Positions 18,700 to 26,625 of a DNA stretch of 64,000 nt are shown piece by piece (the first letter of the stretch is position 1; each line of letters begins with the position of its first letter). The DNA is taken from NCBI GenBank assembly GCA_964434575.1, contig CAYSWB010000007.1:4702-68701 (forward strand). The letters are read 5' to 3'. The notes under the pieces were generated by a model, which ran no database searches, was not told the DNA's origin, and worked only from the letters and a program-made list of their open reading frames with translations. The translations under genes were made by a program, and so were the position numbers. Origin of the DNA: an uncultured Candidatus Peribacteria bacterium (GTDB lineage: Bacteria > Patescibacteriota > Gracilibacteria > Peribacterales > Peribacteraceae).

Positions 18700-20244
18700 G
18701 TGGATGCACTCAGACACCGCGGCCGCTTCGCCCTGCTGACCGTGCTCGCCTTCCTGGCAGCCGGCTTTTTGACGTACGGCGGCTCGCTGCACAACGCCTT
18801 CCTGACGTACGACGACGACTTGTTCGTAACCAAACACCCGCTGGTCACCAGCGGCACGTGGAGCGACCTGCCGCGGATCTTCACCGGCTACGACGCCGAG
18901 CTGTACATGCCGCTGACCATCGCCAGCCTGAAGCTGGATTACGCGATCGGCGGAGCCGATCCGTTCGCGTTCCACCTGACCAGCCTGTTGCTGCACATCC
19001 TCGGCGCGTGCCTGGCGACATGGCTGTTCTTCGCGCTGTTCAAGCGGCGCAGGATCGCGTTCTTTTTGGGCGCCGTGTTCCTGCTGCACCCGCTGAACAC
19101 CGAAGTGGTGACCTGGATCGCCGCCCGCAAAGACGCGCTCTCCACGCCGTTCTACCTGGCCGCCGCGATCGCGTACCTGTACGGCCTGGACCGCAACGAC
19201 CGGCGGCTTTCCCGGCTTTCCCTCGCGCTGTTCGCGGTGGGCCTGACGGCCAAATACATGATCGTGAGTTTGCCGGCGCTGCTGCTGAGCATGGAGCTCC
19301 TGCGCGGCGCGAAGCCGGACCGCGCGATGCTGAGGCGCCTGGCGCCGTTCCTCGGCGTGGCGGCCTTCTTCACGCTGGTCGCCGCGCTGGGCAAGCAGAC
19401 CGGACTGGGCGCGCCGGCGCACGAGGTGGCCCTGCTGGCCGGCAAAACCGTGACGTGGTACCTGCGTCTGTTCCTGTTCCCCGATGAGCTGCGCATCGCG
19501 TATCTGCAGGAAACGCCCGTCGGATTCACGCTCGAATTCGTCCTCCCGTGGCTGGCCATCGCGTCGGTCGGCATCGCGTGCTGGGTGCTGCGCCGGCAAT
19601 TTCCCGGCATCGCGCTCGGACTCGCGCTGTTCTTCGTCTCGCTGATACCCACGTTCCCGGCTGCTGTGAAATACGGCTACTACTTCGGCGCCGACCATTA
19701 CGTCTACCTGCCCATGTTCGGCCTGCTGATGGCCGTCGGCTGGGCGATGACGCGCATGAAGCCCAGGCACTCGCAGCGGCGGCTGGCGATCATCGCGTGC
19801 GGCCTGCTGATCGCCGAGTGCGCTTCTCTGGCGCACGCGCAGGCCGGAACCTGGCGCGACAGCGCGACGGTGTTCACACGCGTGCTGCAATACCACCCGT
19901 GCTCCACGATGGCGCTGAACAACCGCGGCGCATGGTTCGCGCAGACCGGCGACGCCGAACGCGCCAAGGCCGACTACGCCGCGGCGGTGTCGTGCGAACC
20001 CGATTCGGTGCGCCTGCATCTGAACTTCGCCGCGTTCTTGGACGGCCAGGGCGACGAGGACGGCGCGCTGGCCGAATTCTCCAAGGCGGTCACGCTCGAT
20101 CCGCTCAGCGCCGAGGTGCACTTCTCGCTGGGACTCTTTTTCCAGAAGCACGGCCGCGAGGACGACGCCAAGGCCGCGTTCGCGAACGCGCTGAAGCTGG
20201 ACCCCGGCTACGTGGACCGCAAGCTGCGGAACTGGGCGATGTAA
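18700..20244 (+). CDS. TMTC-like polytopic membrane protein with C-terminal TPR repeats (about 514 aa)
   Basis: A multi-TM N-terminal domain (FHLTSLLLHILGACLATWLFF...) plus TPR repeats (NNRGAWFAQTGDAERAKADYAAAV...). The start is proposed at the GTG at 18700 because TATACT (18687-18692) lies 7 nt upstream and the longer ORF overlaps the PBP gene. Confidence 0.6.
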   Translation: MDALRHRGRFALLTVLAFLAAGFLTYGGSLHNAFLTYDDDLFVTKHPLVTSGTWSDLPRIFTGYDAELYMPLTIASLKLDYAIGGADPFAFHLTSLLLHILGACLATWLFFALFKRRRIAFFLGAVFLLHPLNTEVVTWIAARKDALSTPFYLAAAIAYLYGLDRNDRRLSRLSLALFAVGLTAKYMIVSLPALLLSMELLRGAKPDRAMLRRLAPFLGVAAFFTLVAALGKQTGLGAPAHEVALLAGKTVTWYLRLFLFPDELRIAYLQETPVGFTLEFVLPWLAIASVGIACWVLRRQFPGIALGLALFFVSLIPTFPAAVKYGYYFGADHYVYLPMFGLLMAVGWAMTRMKPRHSQRRLAIIACGLLIAECASLAHAQAGTWRDSATVFTRVLQYHPCSTMALNNRGAWFAQTGDAERAKADYAAAVSCEPDSVRLHLNFAAFLDGQGDEDGALAEFSKAVTLDPLSAEVHFSLGLFFQKHGREDDAKAAFANALKLDPGYVDRKLRNWAM

Positions 20245-20287
20245 ATGAACGCCGCAGGATGGCGCTGCAACACTGTATACTGGACGC

Positions 20288-20626
20288 ATGGAAACCATTT
20301 CGTTTCAGGACTTTCTAAACGTCGAACTGCGTGCCGGCAAAGTCGTGGAAGTGCTCGACTTCCCGGAAGCTCGCAAGCCCGCCTACAAACTGAAGATTGA
20401 TTTCGGCCCCGAAATCGGTGTCAAAAAATCTTCGGCTCAGATCACCAAGCATTACACGAAAGAACAATTGATGGGTCGCACGGTCATGGCAGTCGTTAAT
20501 TTTCCACCCAAGCAAGTGGGACCGTTCATGTCCGAGTGCCTCACCGTCGGCGTTCACGATGCAAACGGCGATGTGGTGCTCATCGGCCCGGACAAAGACG
20601 TGCCGCTCGGCGCCAAGCTGCTCTAG
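20288..20626 (+). CDS. csaA: tRNA-binding (EMAP/CsaA-type) protein (112 aa)
   Basis: FLNVELRAGKVVEV...ARKPAYKLKIDFGPEIG...SAQIT...VMAVVNFPPKQVG is characteristic of CsaA. Confidence 0.8.
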   Translation: METISFQDFLNVELRAGKVVEVLDFPEARKPAYKLKIDFGPEIGVKKSSAQITKHYTKEQLMGRTVMAVVNFPPKQVGPFMSECLTVGVHDANGDVVLIGPDKDVPLGAKLL

Positions 20627-20747
20627 TTCGTACGCCAATGGTTTCATGCTGACCGCCAGTGCAGGATGCCGCCAATCCTGCCGCCGCGAACCGCCCAACC
20701 GGGTCCGGTTTGCTTGACGCCTATTCCGGACGGGACAGAATCGCCGC

Positions 20748-21392
20748 GTGCGGTACCCCACGATTACCGTCCAAGACGCGCACGAACTCATCGCGCGACG
20801 CCATGCGCGCATCCATCACGACACGCGTGTGCAAGAAACCACCGAGCCCGACGGTACGAGCATGCTGCGCCGCCGGATGCTGCTTATCGTCACCGAACCC
20901 CCGCACGACGAGACGCTTCGGCGCGTGTTCGATTTGCAGCTTGATCCCGGCCAACTCCACCCGTTGCGACGCGAATGTCTTCGCGATGCCGAGCGTCAAA
21001 CGTCGGCGACACGCGAAAAAGTCCGCATGGCATTGACGGAAAGCGGCACCGGATACGGCGGCGGGATGCTGCTGCATGGGCTGGGTGCGCTCGCACTGGG
21101 CATCGTGGCGCCGGAACTCAACGTGCTGGCACCCGGCTACGGCCGCCGCATAGGCATGCGACGGCTTCTGGAAAGCGAGCGCGGCGGAGCCTTGCGGGAA
21201 TGCGCATCCGTCACGGCTGACATGTTCAGCGAACAAATCGACGGCGGCAATCCGGATACCATGACGATTTGGCAGCGCGAAGAAAGCGTCGCGTATCGGG
21301 CATGGCAAGCCGCACAACGCATCACAGAATTGCAGCGGCGCTTCCGCAGCGGAGAGCCGCTTGAGCCTGCGAAGCATGATCGGACGGCATAG
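20748..21392 (+). CDS. hypothetical protein (214 aa)
   Basis: Chosen over the overlapping minus-strand ORF because third codon positions are mostly G/C by eye in this frame. I recognise no family. Confidence 0.45.
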   Translation: MRYPTITVQDAHELIARRHARIHHDTRVQETTEPDGTSMLRRRMLLIVTEPPHDETLRRVFDLQLDPGQLHPLRRECLRDAERQTSATREKVRMALTESGTGYGGGMLLHGLGALALGIVAPELNVLAPGYGRRIGMRRLLESERGGALRECASVTADMFSEQIDGGNPDTMTIWQREESVAYRAWQAAQRITELQRRFRSGEPLEPAKHDRTA

Positions 21393-21397
21393 TGGCA

Positions 21398-22078
21398 CTA
21401 CACCCCGCCGATCAGCGCCATCAGCTGCAGCACTGGGTTCATGATGCCGTAAATCCAGCCCAGCAGGATGGGGACACCGAAGATGCGCTCGAGAACCAGC
21501 AGGCCAAGCAGGATATACGTTCCGTATTCCAAGTAGCGTTCGTAGAGATCCTCGTGCCGCAGCGGCACGAACGCGGCCAAGATCTTGGAGCCATCCAGCG
21601 GTGCGATGGGAAGAAGGTTGAACGCCATGAGTCCCAGGTTCACCACCACGGACGTGGAAAGCGTCTCGACGATGAACTTGAGCGACGGACTGGCCGAGTT
21701 CACGGCGCCGATGATGGCGGAAGCGCCTTCGAAGCCGCCGTCGCGCGGGATGAGCAACAAGAGGAGGAAGAACGCGAGGAACGCGAGGATGAGGTTCGAA
21801 GCCGGTCCGGCCAATGCGACGAGCGCCGTGTCGCGGCGGTAGTGCTTGAAGTAGCGCGGATTCACCGGCACCGGCTTGCCCCAGCCGAAACGGATGAGAA
21901 GGAACATCAGCGTTCCCAGCGGGTCCAAGTGGGCCACCGGGTTCAGCGTCAGGCGTCCTTCGTACTTGGCGGTCGGATCGCCGAGCTGGTACGCCACCCA
22001 GCCGTGCGCGTATTCGTGGAACGTGAGCGCGACGAGCACCGCGATGATGAACGGCGGATCTGGCAGGAGGAACGGCAC
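21398..22078 (-). CDS. site-2 protease family (peptidase M50) membrane metalloprotease (226 aa)
   Basis: HEYAHG (HExxH) and NLLPIAPLDGSKI motifs. GTG start. TACTCT lies 6 nt upstream of the start. Confidence 0.8.
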   Translation of the reverse strand: MPFLLPDPPFIIAVLVALTFHEYAHGWVAYQLGDPTAKYEGRLTLNPVAHLDPLGTLMFLLIRFGWGKPVPVNPRYFKHYRRDTALVALAGPASNLILAFLAFFLLLLLIPRDGGFEGASAIIGAVNSASPSLKFIVETLSTSVVVNLGLMAFNLLPIAPLDGSKILAAFVPLRHEDLYERYLEYGTYILLGLLVLERIFGVPILLGWIYGIMNPVLQLMALIGGV

Positions 22079-22140
22079 CCCTTCAGAGTACAGGAAAACC
22101 TTGGCGCGGAACGAGTGAAAGACGCTAGCATCGCTCCAAT

Positions 22141-23064
22141 ATGCCCCGGATCGCGGTCATCACCTGCGTGCGCAACGAAGCCGACGTGCTGGAGGCGTTC
22201 GTCCGGCGCGCGCTGTCGTTCGCGGACACCGTGACGGTGACGGATCACGGCAGCATCGATGGGACACCGGCAATCCTGGAACTCCTGCGGCAAGAAGGCC
22301 TGCCGGTTGCGGTGCGACGGCTGGACGGCCCGGCCCAACGGCAATCCGAAACGCTCAACGCGCTGCTACGGGAATCCGACGCAGACTGGATCGTGCCGCT
22401 GGACGCCGACGAATGCCTTACCGCCACGGAAGGTTCCGTGCGCGACGCCATCCTTGGGCTGCCCGCGCCCACCGCGGCCATCACGCGCACGCTGCTGACG
22501 TACGTTCCGGACGGGCGGCGGCTGAAGAAAGCACTCGCGTACCCCAAAGTGGTGGCTGTGCCGAAAGCACTGAAGAGTGCTGGCGTGCTCACGCCCGGGA
22601 GCCACGGCTTTCTGGTGGACAAGAAGGAAGCGACCGCGGACACCGCGCGCATCGTGATGCGACACGTGCCGGTGCGCTCTCCCGACCAGGCGAAAGCCAA
22701 AGCGGTCGGCTGGCTGAACCACCTGCTGCGCCGGGACGCCAAGCCGGAAGAGGCCGTTCATTGGCGAACGCTGTTCGGGCTCTATACGGAGGGAAAGCTG
22801 GAAACGGACCGGGACGCCGCGGCCTGGGCGCTGACCGCCGTGCGGATGGTGGACCCGGATTGCCCGCCGGACTTGGTCGAAGAGCCTCTGCCACGGACGA
22901 AGCTCCGGTACGGCCACCTGGCCACCCGCCCGCCAGCCCGGGCCGTCTTGGACGCCCTGGCGCGCGAATTGGGCGTGGAAGGCGCCAAGAAGCTTCCTGA
23001 AGGCGAACTGGCCGCCGGCCTGGAGCGCTATATCCTTGGATTGAAGGGTGTAAAACCGTATTGA
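22141..23064 (+). CDS. glycosyltransferase family 2-like protein (307 aa)
   Basis: IAVITCVRNEADVLEAFV...VTDHGSIDGT...VPLDADE pattern (GT-A fold with DxD). Confidence 0.55.
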   Translation: MPRIAVITCVRNEADVLEAFVRRALSFADTVTVTDHGSIDGTPAILELLRQEGLPVAVRRLDGPAQRQSETLNALLRESDADWIVPLDADECLTATEGSVRDAILGLPAPTAAITRTLLTYVPDGRRLKKALAYPKVVAVPKALKSAGVLTPGSHGFLVDKKEATADTARIVMRHVPVRSPDQAKAKAVGWLNHLLRRDAKPEEAVHWRTLFGLYTEGKLETDRDAAAWALTAVRMVDPDCPPDLVEEPLPRTKLRYGHLATRPPARAVLDALARELGVEGAKKLPEGELAAGLERYILGLKGVKPY

Positions 23065-23101
23065 CCGCCTGCGGCCCTGACGGTACAGTCTCCCAGCTCT
23101 C

Positions 23102-23305
23102 ATGCCACGCACTTGCGCCATGACCGGCAAAAAGCGCTCGGTGGGTAACCGCCGCAGCCACTCGATGCGCGCTACCAAGCGCTCGTTCAAGGCGAACATC
23201 CAGAAGAAGCGCGTGTTCGACCCGGAGACGGGCACGTACCGCAAGATGATGGTGTCGACCAGCTACCTGCGCACGCTGGCAAAGCGTCTGCAGGCGGGTC
23301 GTTAA
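23102..23305 (+). CDS. rpmB: 50S ribosomal protein L28
   Basis: [38 protein letters not shown] is the L28 signature. The upstream promoter is TTGACC, 17 nt, TACAGT. Confidence 0.9.
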   Translation: MPRTCAMTGKKRSVGNRRSHSMRATKRSFKANIQKKRVFDPETGTYRKMMVSTSYLRTLAKRLQAGR

Positions 23306-23405
23306 TCTATTCGCCTTGGAGGAGAAGTATGGTGCTTTGACGTGGACGCTTTCCGCGTTTTCGTGGTAGATTTTGCCAAATTCCTCCCTTTTTCCCACCA
23401 CTCCT

Positions 23406-23765
23406 ATGACCACACTGGTTAAGCCAGTCACGTTCATCTTCGGTGCCGTGCTGACGATCGTCGGCATCGCCGGCTTCTTCCTCGCTCCGAACGGCATGCT
23501 GCTCGGACTGTTCGAGGTGAACGCCCTGCACAACGTCATCCACATCGTCTCCGGCGTGGCCGGTCTGTGGGCCGCCAGCAGCGGACATGCCTACTCGCGC
23601 ATGTACCTGATCATCTTCGGTCTGATCTACGCGCTGGTCACGATCCTCGGCTTCGCCCTGAACGGCGACATCCTGGGTCTGATCCACGTGAACGCTTACG
23701 ACAACTACCTGCACGCCGCCATCGCCGTGGTCACCCTGGCCGTCGGCTTCGGCAGCAAGAAGTAA
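23406..23765 (+). CDS. DUF4383-like membrane protein (119 aa)
   Basis: Four TM helices with NALHNVIHIVSG and YDNYLHAAIA motifs typical of DUF4383. Confidence 0.6.
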   Translation: MTTLVKPVTFIFGAVLTIVGIAGFFLAPNGMLLGLFEVNALHNVIHIVSGVAGLWAASSGHAYSRMYLIIFGLIYALVTILGFALNGDILGLIHVNAYDNYLHAAIAVVTLAVGFGSKK

Positions 23766-23787
23766 TTCGACCAACGCAATCCGCAAA

Positions 23788-23815
23788 CAAGCCGATCCGA
23801 CCGGGTCGGCTTTTT
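23788..23815 (+). terminator. possible intrinsic terminator
   Basis: GC hairpin (CCGAC-CGG-GTCGG, or the outer GCCGA...TCGGC) followed by CTTTTTG, 25 nt after the stop. Confidence 0.45.
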
Positions 23816-23820
23816 GCTAA

Positions 23821-23915
23821 GGCCGGGGATGCAGGTGAAACAGAAGAAACAGGTGAGTCAGGGGATTTGTCATAATGATGCTCCCCTGCTTCCCCTGAAT
23901 CCCCTGTCTCCTCGC
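23821..23915. repeat. intergenic repeat element, copy A
   Basis: Contains CAGGTGA twice and ACAGGTGAGTCAGGGGA (23849-23865). It also has three 9-nt-spaced TCCCCTG motifs (23882, 23891, 23900), which are the reverse complement of CAGGGGA. It shares the 17-mer with the 46.6-kb copy. Confidence 0.6.
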
Positions 23916-23998
23916 ATCCGGCAGAGCAATCTCACGCCATGCTCCGGAGGCATGTCGCCGAATGATAAAGCAGGCGACCTGTTTCAGAGGACCTGGTA

Positions 23999-25831
23999 TT
24001 AGGCCTGGAGGCGCAGGTACAGCGCCAAGAAGAACAGCGAGCAGGAACCAACGAACGCGAAGAGCGCGCCCAGGTAGATCTGGCGGATGACGACGGGCAA
24101 CGCGAGCAGTCCGCGCACCACGTAGTAACCGAACGGCACGCAGAGCAGGATGGAGAAACGGAAGTCCTGGTTCGGCGCGTACGCGAACAGCGTCGGGTAT
24201 GCCAGCGCGGCGGCCATGAGGGCGCCGGTGGTGAGCGTCATGGGCAGCGACTCGTAGATGTTCTTGCGGTTGCGCACGGTCGCGACGAGGCCGAGCAGCA
24301 ACATGGGCAGCAAGACCATGCCCAAGGCGACGATCACCGAGCCGAGCTGCTTGATCTTCTCGAAACGGAACTCGCCGAAGAACGACGACTTGAAGAAGAA
24401 TTCCCAGAAGTAACGGCGGCGGTACTTGTCGCTCCACGTGTCGTTGTACGGGAAGCGCATGACTTCCACCGGGTTGAACGTCAGGAAATCGGTCACCTCG
24501 CGCGGCACGGACAAATCCGGATTCATGTTCTTGTTGCCCAGCGTGACGACGTTGGCGATGTTGCGCTCGGTGAAGCGCTTGATGGGATACCAGACGAACA
24601 ACGCCGCGATGATGAGCATGGAAACGCCCAGGTGCACGAGCTTCGGCTTCCAGCCCATGCGCTTCCAGACGAGGAAGCAGATGAGGCCGACCGGGAACAA
24701 TGCGGCGGCGCTGATCTTGCTGAGCGAGGCTGCGATGACGAGCAAGAGCGCCGCGTACCAATCCTTCATGCGGCCGTTCTTCCACCACGCGAGGATGAAT
24801 CCGAAGCCTGCGAACGTCAGGAAGTGGTACAGCGTTTCGTTGGTGAAGCGTGACGAGAACATCACCAGGCCCGGCATCACCGCCATCAGCATGAGGAACA
24901 GCACGTCGCCCTTGCGGCCGGTCTTGGCCGGGAACAGCAGCCTGCCGATCCAGGCGCATACGAACAATGTTCCCACCGACAGCAGCAGCGAGAATGTCTG
25001 GAGGTCGTTGTACAGCATGTCGCCGGCGCGGCCGATGAAGCCGTTCAGGTGGATCCACAGCGCCGACATCCAGTAGTAGATGGGCGGCTGGTGGTACTCC
25101 CAACCGTTGCTGGCGAGCGGGATGGCCCATTCCTTCAGGATGAAATCGACGTACTCGATGTGGCCGCCGACGTCGTAGCTGCGCACGCGGAACGGCGTGG
25201 CGATGACGTACATCACGCGCAGCATCAGGCCGCCGACGAACACAGCGGCCAGCAGGCGGTTTTCGGGCTTGATGCGCAGGTGACCGACCAGCGCCAGCGC
25301 GTACCACAGGAACAGCAGGACGAACGCGCTGAACGCCGCGATCTGCAGCGGGTCGTTGTTCGCCACCGTCACGTTGATGCCGCCCTTGCCGCCGTCGTCG
25401 CGGATCTTGAACTCCAGCAGGTTGTTGCCGTTCTTCAGGTATTTGCGCAGATCCAGCACGCGTCCCTCGTCGTAGTCGCAGAACTTGGCCACCTCGTACG
25501 GAACCGTGAAATTGTTGATACGAAGCTCCTCGATGCAATCATCGGGCTTCACCAGGAAGTTGCGCGGCGACAACGACGAAATCCACAGCGGGACCTTCAC
25601 CTGCAGCGTGGGCGCGGCGGTATCGACCAGCAGCGGAAGCCGCGTGGTCTGCTCGGGCGCGTCGCCGAAACGATACGTGATCTTGTCGAACTTCGGCAGC
25701 GTGAGCTGCAGGAACATGGTGATGAGCAGCGCCGACAGGACGAACACGCCGAAATCGATCCAGCCGCGCAAGCTCGGGGATTTGGTGCGCACGCGACTGC
25801 TTCTGCCGGAGGTGGATGATTTGGCGGTCAT
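23999..25831 (-). CDS. GT-C-type (ArnT/PMT, GT39/83-like) polytopic membrane glycosyltransferase (610 aa)
   Basis: An N-terminal TM anchor, a roughly 130-aa beta-rich extracytoplasmic module, then more than 10 TM helices (YDVGGHIEYV, PPIYYWMSALW). The overall architecture resembles dolichyl/undecaprenyl-phosphate-sugar transferases. Confidence 0.5.
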   Translation of the reverse strand: MTAKSSTSGRSSRVRTKSPSLRGWIDFGVFVLSALLITMFLQLTLPKFDKITYRFGDAPEQTTRLPLLVDTAAPTLQVKVPLWISSLSPRNFLVKPDDCIEELRINNFTVPYEVAKFCDYDEGRVLDLRKYLKNGNNLLEFKIRDDGGKGGINVTVANNDPLQIAAFSAFVLLFLWYALALVGHLRIKPENRLLAAVFVGGLMLRVMYVIATPFRVRSYDVGGHIEYVDFILKEWAIPLASNGWEYHQPPIYYWMSALWIHLNGFIGRAGDMLYNDLQTFSLLLSVGTLFVCAWIGRLLFPAKTGRKGDVLFLMLMAVMPGLVMFSSRFTNETLYHFLTFAGFGFILAWWKNGRMKDWYAALLLVIAASLSKISAAALFPVGLICFLVWKRMGWKPKLVHLGVSMLIIAALFVWYPIKRFTERNIANVVTLGNKNMNPDLSVPREVTDFLTFNPVEVMRFPYNDTWSDKYRRRYFWEFFFKSSFFGEFRFEKIKQLGSVIVALGMVLLPMLLLGLVATVRNRKNIYESLPMTLTTGALMAAALAYPTLFAYAPNQDFRFSILLCVPFGYYVVRGLLALPVVIRQIYLGALFAFVGSCSLFFLALYLRLQA

Positions 25832-26060
25832 CGAAATTCCGCGCGCCAGTATACAGTCCCCGGCACGTCGGGCTCCTCAACGCGGCTTGCCAGCCATAAG
25901 GGAACACGTCGAACATCATGAAAAGAAAGCGTGACCTGATGCCGACAAACGGCCGTTTTGCCGTAGAGAAGCGCGAAGGCAGGCTCCGCCTGCCTGGAGC
26001 GCAACAAGCCGAAGGAGAGCCCGTGAGAGGAAACTGGCAAGTTTCCTTTCACGAGTTTCA

Positions 26061-26150
26061 TGGCGGAGAGGGGGAGATTCGAACTCCCGAGACGTTTTCA
26101 CGTCTACTCGCTTTCCAAGCGAGCGCACTAGGCCACTATGCGACCTCTCC
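26061..26150 (-). tRNA. tRNA-Ser (anticodon GGA), long variable arm, CCA encoded
   Basis: The reverse complement is GGAGAGG-T-CGCA..TGCG-CTCGC-TTGGAAA-GCGAG-[variable arm GACGTGAAAACGTC]-GGGAG-TTCGAATC-TCCCC-CTCTCC-G-CCA. Confidence 0.85.
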
Positions 26151-26223
26151 GTGGATAAGGCTGGCACGGCACGATGCCGTGGGAAGCCCAGGATACGCAG
26201 TTCATGCGCCGGAGACAACCCGC

Positions 26224-26484
26224 TTAGGCACAGACCTCGCAACCCTTGCCCATGCACTTGCCCATCTGGCGGCTCCAGCCCATCACGGAGGCCACGAAAG
26301 CGATGATGGCGAGGGAACCGGACGTGGAACCGAACTGGGCTCCGCCGGCCACGATATGCGTCTGGTAGATGCCGACCAGCGACGCGATCGTCACGAGCAG
26401 GAGCAGCAGGGCGACCGCCCACTTCATGATCACGCACGGGGTGGAGCACTGCGACTTGGACTTCTTGGAAGAGAGGAGACTCAT
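26224..26484 (-). CDS. small membrane protein with C-terminal CxxxxCxxC motif (86 aa)
   Basis: Third codon positions are almost all G/C by eye. There are two TM helices. The C-terminus is GKCMGKGCEVCA. An alternative start at MKWAV gives 67 aa. Confidence 0.6.
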   Translation of the reverse strand: MSLLSSKKSKSQCSTPCVIMKWAVALLLLLVTIASLVGIYQTHIVAGGAQFGSTSGSLAIIAFVASVMGWSRQMGKCMGKGCEVCA

Positions 26485-26625
26485 AAACGGGGGCAAGGAA
26501 AGAATGGAGGCACTATAGCATCGACCGCGCCTCCGCGCCGCTTCGCAGACAACAGAACGGTCGTGCGGGCAACGTGCGGCCATTCGGCTGGCCCGTCGGC
26601 CGTTTCCCGCGTAGGCTGTCCCCGC

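Noticed and set aside
20721-21398. 225-aa minus-strand ORF overlapping the 20748-21392 plus-strand ORF
   Set aside because: Third-position G/C bias, judged by eye, favours the plus-strand frame. Neither product has a recognisable family, so the plus-strand call itself is only moderate confidence.
23814-24002. 62-aa ORF, and the 86-aa ORF at 46575-46835
   Set aside because: Both are drawn through the intergenic CAGGTGA/CAGGGGA repeat elements. Their apparent similarity is explained by the DNA repeat, not by coding.
23817-25538. 573-aa minus-strand ORF in another frame of the GT-C gene region, and 18670-20298 opposite the TMTC-like gene
   Set aside because: These are off-frame or antisense shadow ORFs. 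The alternative frames give coherent multi-TM proteins.
25860-26060. Possible small structured RNA (SRP or other) in the 230-nt gap containing short hairpins (GGCAGGC-TCC-GCCTGCC at about 25977-25993 and GGAAAC-TGGCAA-GTTTCC at about 26029-26046)
   Set aside because: I found no match to the conserved SRP domain IV or RNase P motifs. The hairpins are more simply explained as tRNA-Ser 3' terminator structures.
25828-26061. 77-aa minus-strand ORF
   Set aside because: It lies in the promoter and intergenic region, abuts the 3' end of tRNA-Ser, and has no coding bias that I could see.
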